Shown: positions 61,370 to 64,000 of the stretch, one piece after another | Layout: the number at the start of each line of letters is the position of its first letter | How positions within the stretch are numbered: the stretch's first letter is position 1 | Program-made: the position numbers and the translations under genes | Source of the DNA: Klebsormidium nitens | Taxonomy: Eukaryota; Plantae; Klebsormidiophyceae | Assembly: GCA_000708835.1 (NCBI GenBank) | Contig: DF237273.1 | Coordinates: forward strand, 38,816 to 102,815 | Direction: 5' to 3' | Length of the DNA: 64,000 bases | Notes under the pieces: generated by a model | Told to the model about the DNA's origin: nothing | What the model saw: the letters and a program-made list of their open reading frames with translations, nothing else | Database searches by the model: none

Positions 61370-61810
61370 TAGTCCGGTCTCATGCAATGATTTGATTTCC
61401 AAAGCGACGGCCTGCATGCATGATTGAGCTGCAATTGTATGTGAATTTAAAACCATGATGCGCAACTGGGATCGCTCCGGCCTGCGCCGGTGGGCGCCCC
61501 GAGCTCGCATGCATAATATAGCTGCACGTGATAATCGCGATCATTTATAGCATGTGCCAGTGTGAGCTACGGTCCAATGATATATCTAGCGAGACGGTAG
61601 CTGCAATGGCCGGACAGGTAGCTCGCCGGCCGTAAGTTGGTATGTCCATATGTTTCGAGCTATCTAGATCCCCAGTACATTGGCTAACAACAAATGAATG
61701 GCCGTGCATGAGATCCGACTATCATATACGTATGGATATCAACCGCGAGTCCGACTGAGCGCGCGAGTACGTTGAGAATACTGACATGCTTAAGTCCTCT
61801 CGGTGCGCGG
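61370..61810. other. Palindrome-dense intergenic tract (RAP/ATG8 convergent spacer)
   Basis: 34 four-base palindromes in 61441-61640 (hand count), covering most of the 16 possible words. Confidence 0.7.
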
Positions 61811-62342
61811 CCTATTCAAACTATTCCTTTGATGTATAGACACTAGGTGAAATACAACAATGACGGGTAGAGCCCTCCGTCACGCAACAACTGATGATTA
61901 CTGCAGCACCTGAAGATAGCGAAGCTAGAATCCAGAAGCATAGGAATGTCACGCGGCACTGAGTAAGTATGAAAAGATTTCGGTAGGAGGTCTGATGAGT
62001 TACAATTTGTACACGTGTAATGTACATCCTACTCTTTCTCGGATCTCCCTAGCTAAGCCAAATAACCGAGCAATACAGGAACCTGTCTACCATATGCTGT
62101 TGCAAGCTTCGGTGTGACAAGTTGTTACATAACCCCTTACCCCACATATTTACACTGGAGAATAGCACAACTGTCTTCCGGGCCTGGCGTGTTGCTCAGT
62201 TGCAAAATGCTCCTGAGTAATCTCTAAAATGTAACGCTTTTTTGGGTCCAAATCAGGGCCTCTTGCACTGATTGACGCTCTCAGACGTTGAGCACAAAAG
62301 ATAGCCTCACAGTCCAAATCTGCAGCCTTGACCCTCCCCAAT

Positions 62343-63763
<1,421 letters not shown>

Positions 63764-64000
63764 TGTGACAGTTCTTCAGTTCTCAGTAAGCAAGTCCCCA
63801 CTTTCCACGCCAATCTTTCAAGCTATACCTGCACCTGCTTTATTTTGCAAACTCTAAACTTTCACTACTTTGCATGCCCTGCTGCAATGCTCACAATTCG
63901 CTAGCAGAAGCTATGTTTTCGCCGGGGTGGAGAGGGAGAGCGCCCTCTCTCTTTTCGATCGAGAGGTCGGTAGGGCTCATACACTGGTCACACATGCCGG

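Overview
This is a gene-dense, intron-rich eukaryotic nuclear segment. The homologs, splice-site style and plastid-targeted proteins suggest a streptophyte green alga, most like Klebsormidium (inference). I reconstructed 12 spliced protein-coding genes by hand: a hypothetical acidic protein cut by the window edge, ALG6, a plant DYRK (DYRKP-type) kinase, a small GNAT acetyltransferase, casein kinase 1, a plastid ADS/FAD5-type desaturase, CSTF64, a SpoU/TrmH RNA methyltransferase, UBC7, a plant non-canonical nucleotidyltransferase with a very long disordered tail, an NDF5/PnsB2-like mutarotase-fold protein, an OPR-like/RAP-domain protein and ATG8 (13 counting the partial first gene). There are four MITE-like non-autonomous elements (hAT, hAT-like, PIF/Harbinger-like, Tc1/mariner-like) plus one older inverted-repeat pair. 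I found no tRNA, rRNA or CRISPR array. The most unusual signal is non-coding. Most intergenic spacers, and all four convergent ones, contain a 150-800 bp core packed with short self-complementary words: about 27-35 four-base palindromes per 200 bp by hand count, versus 12.5 expected at uniform composition. Also notable are a helically phased GTAC array inside a foldback element that fills the UBC7/nucleotidyltransferase divergent promoter, and nested repeats in the desaturase promoter. Exon boundaries and all counts are manual and need computational confirmation.
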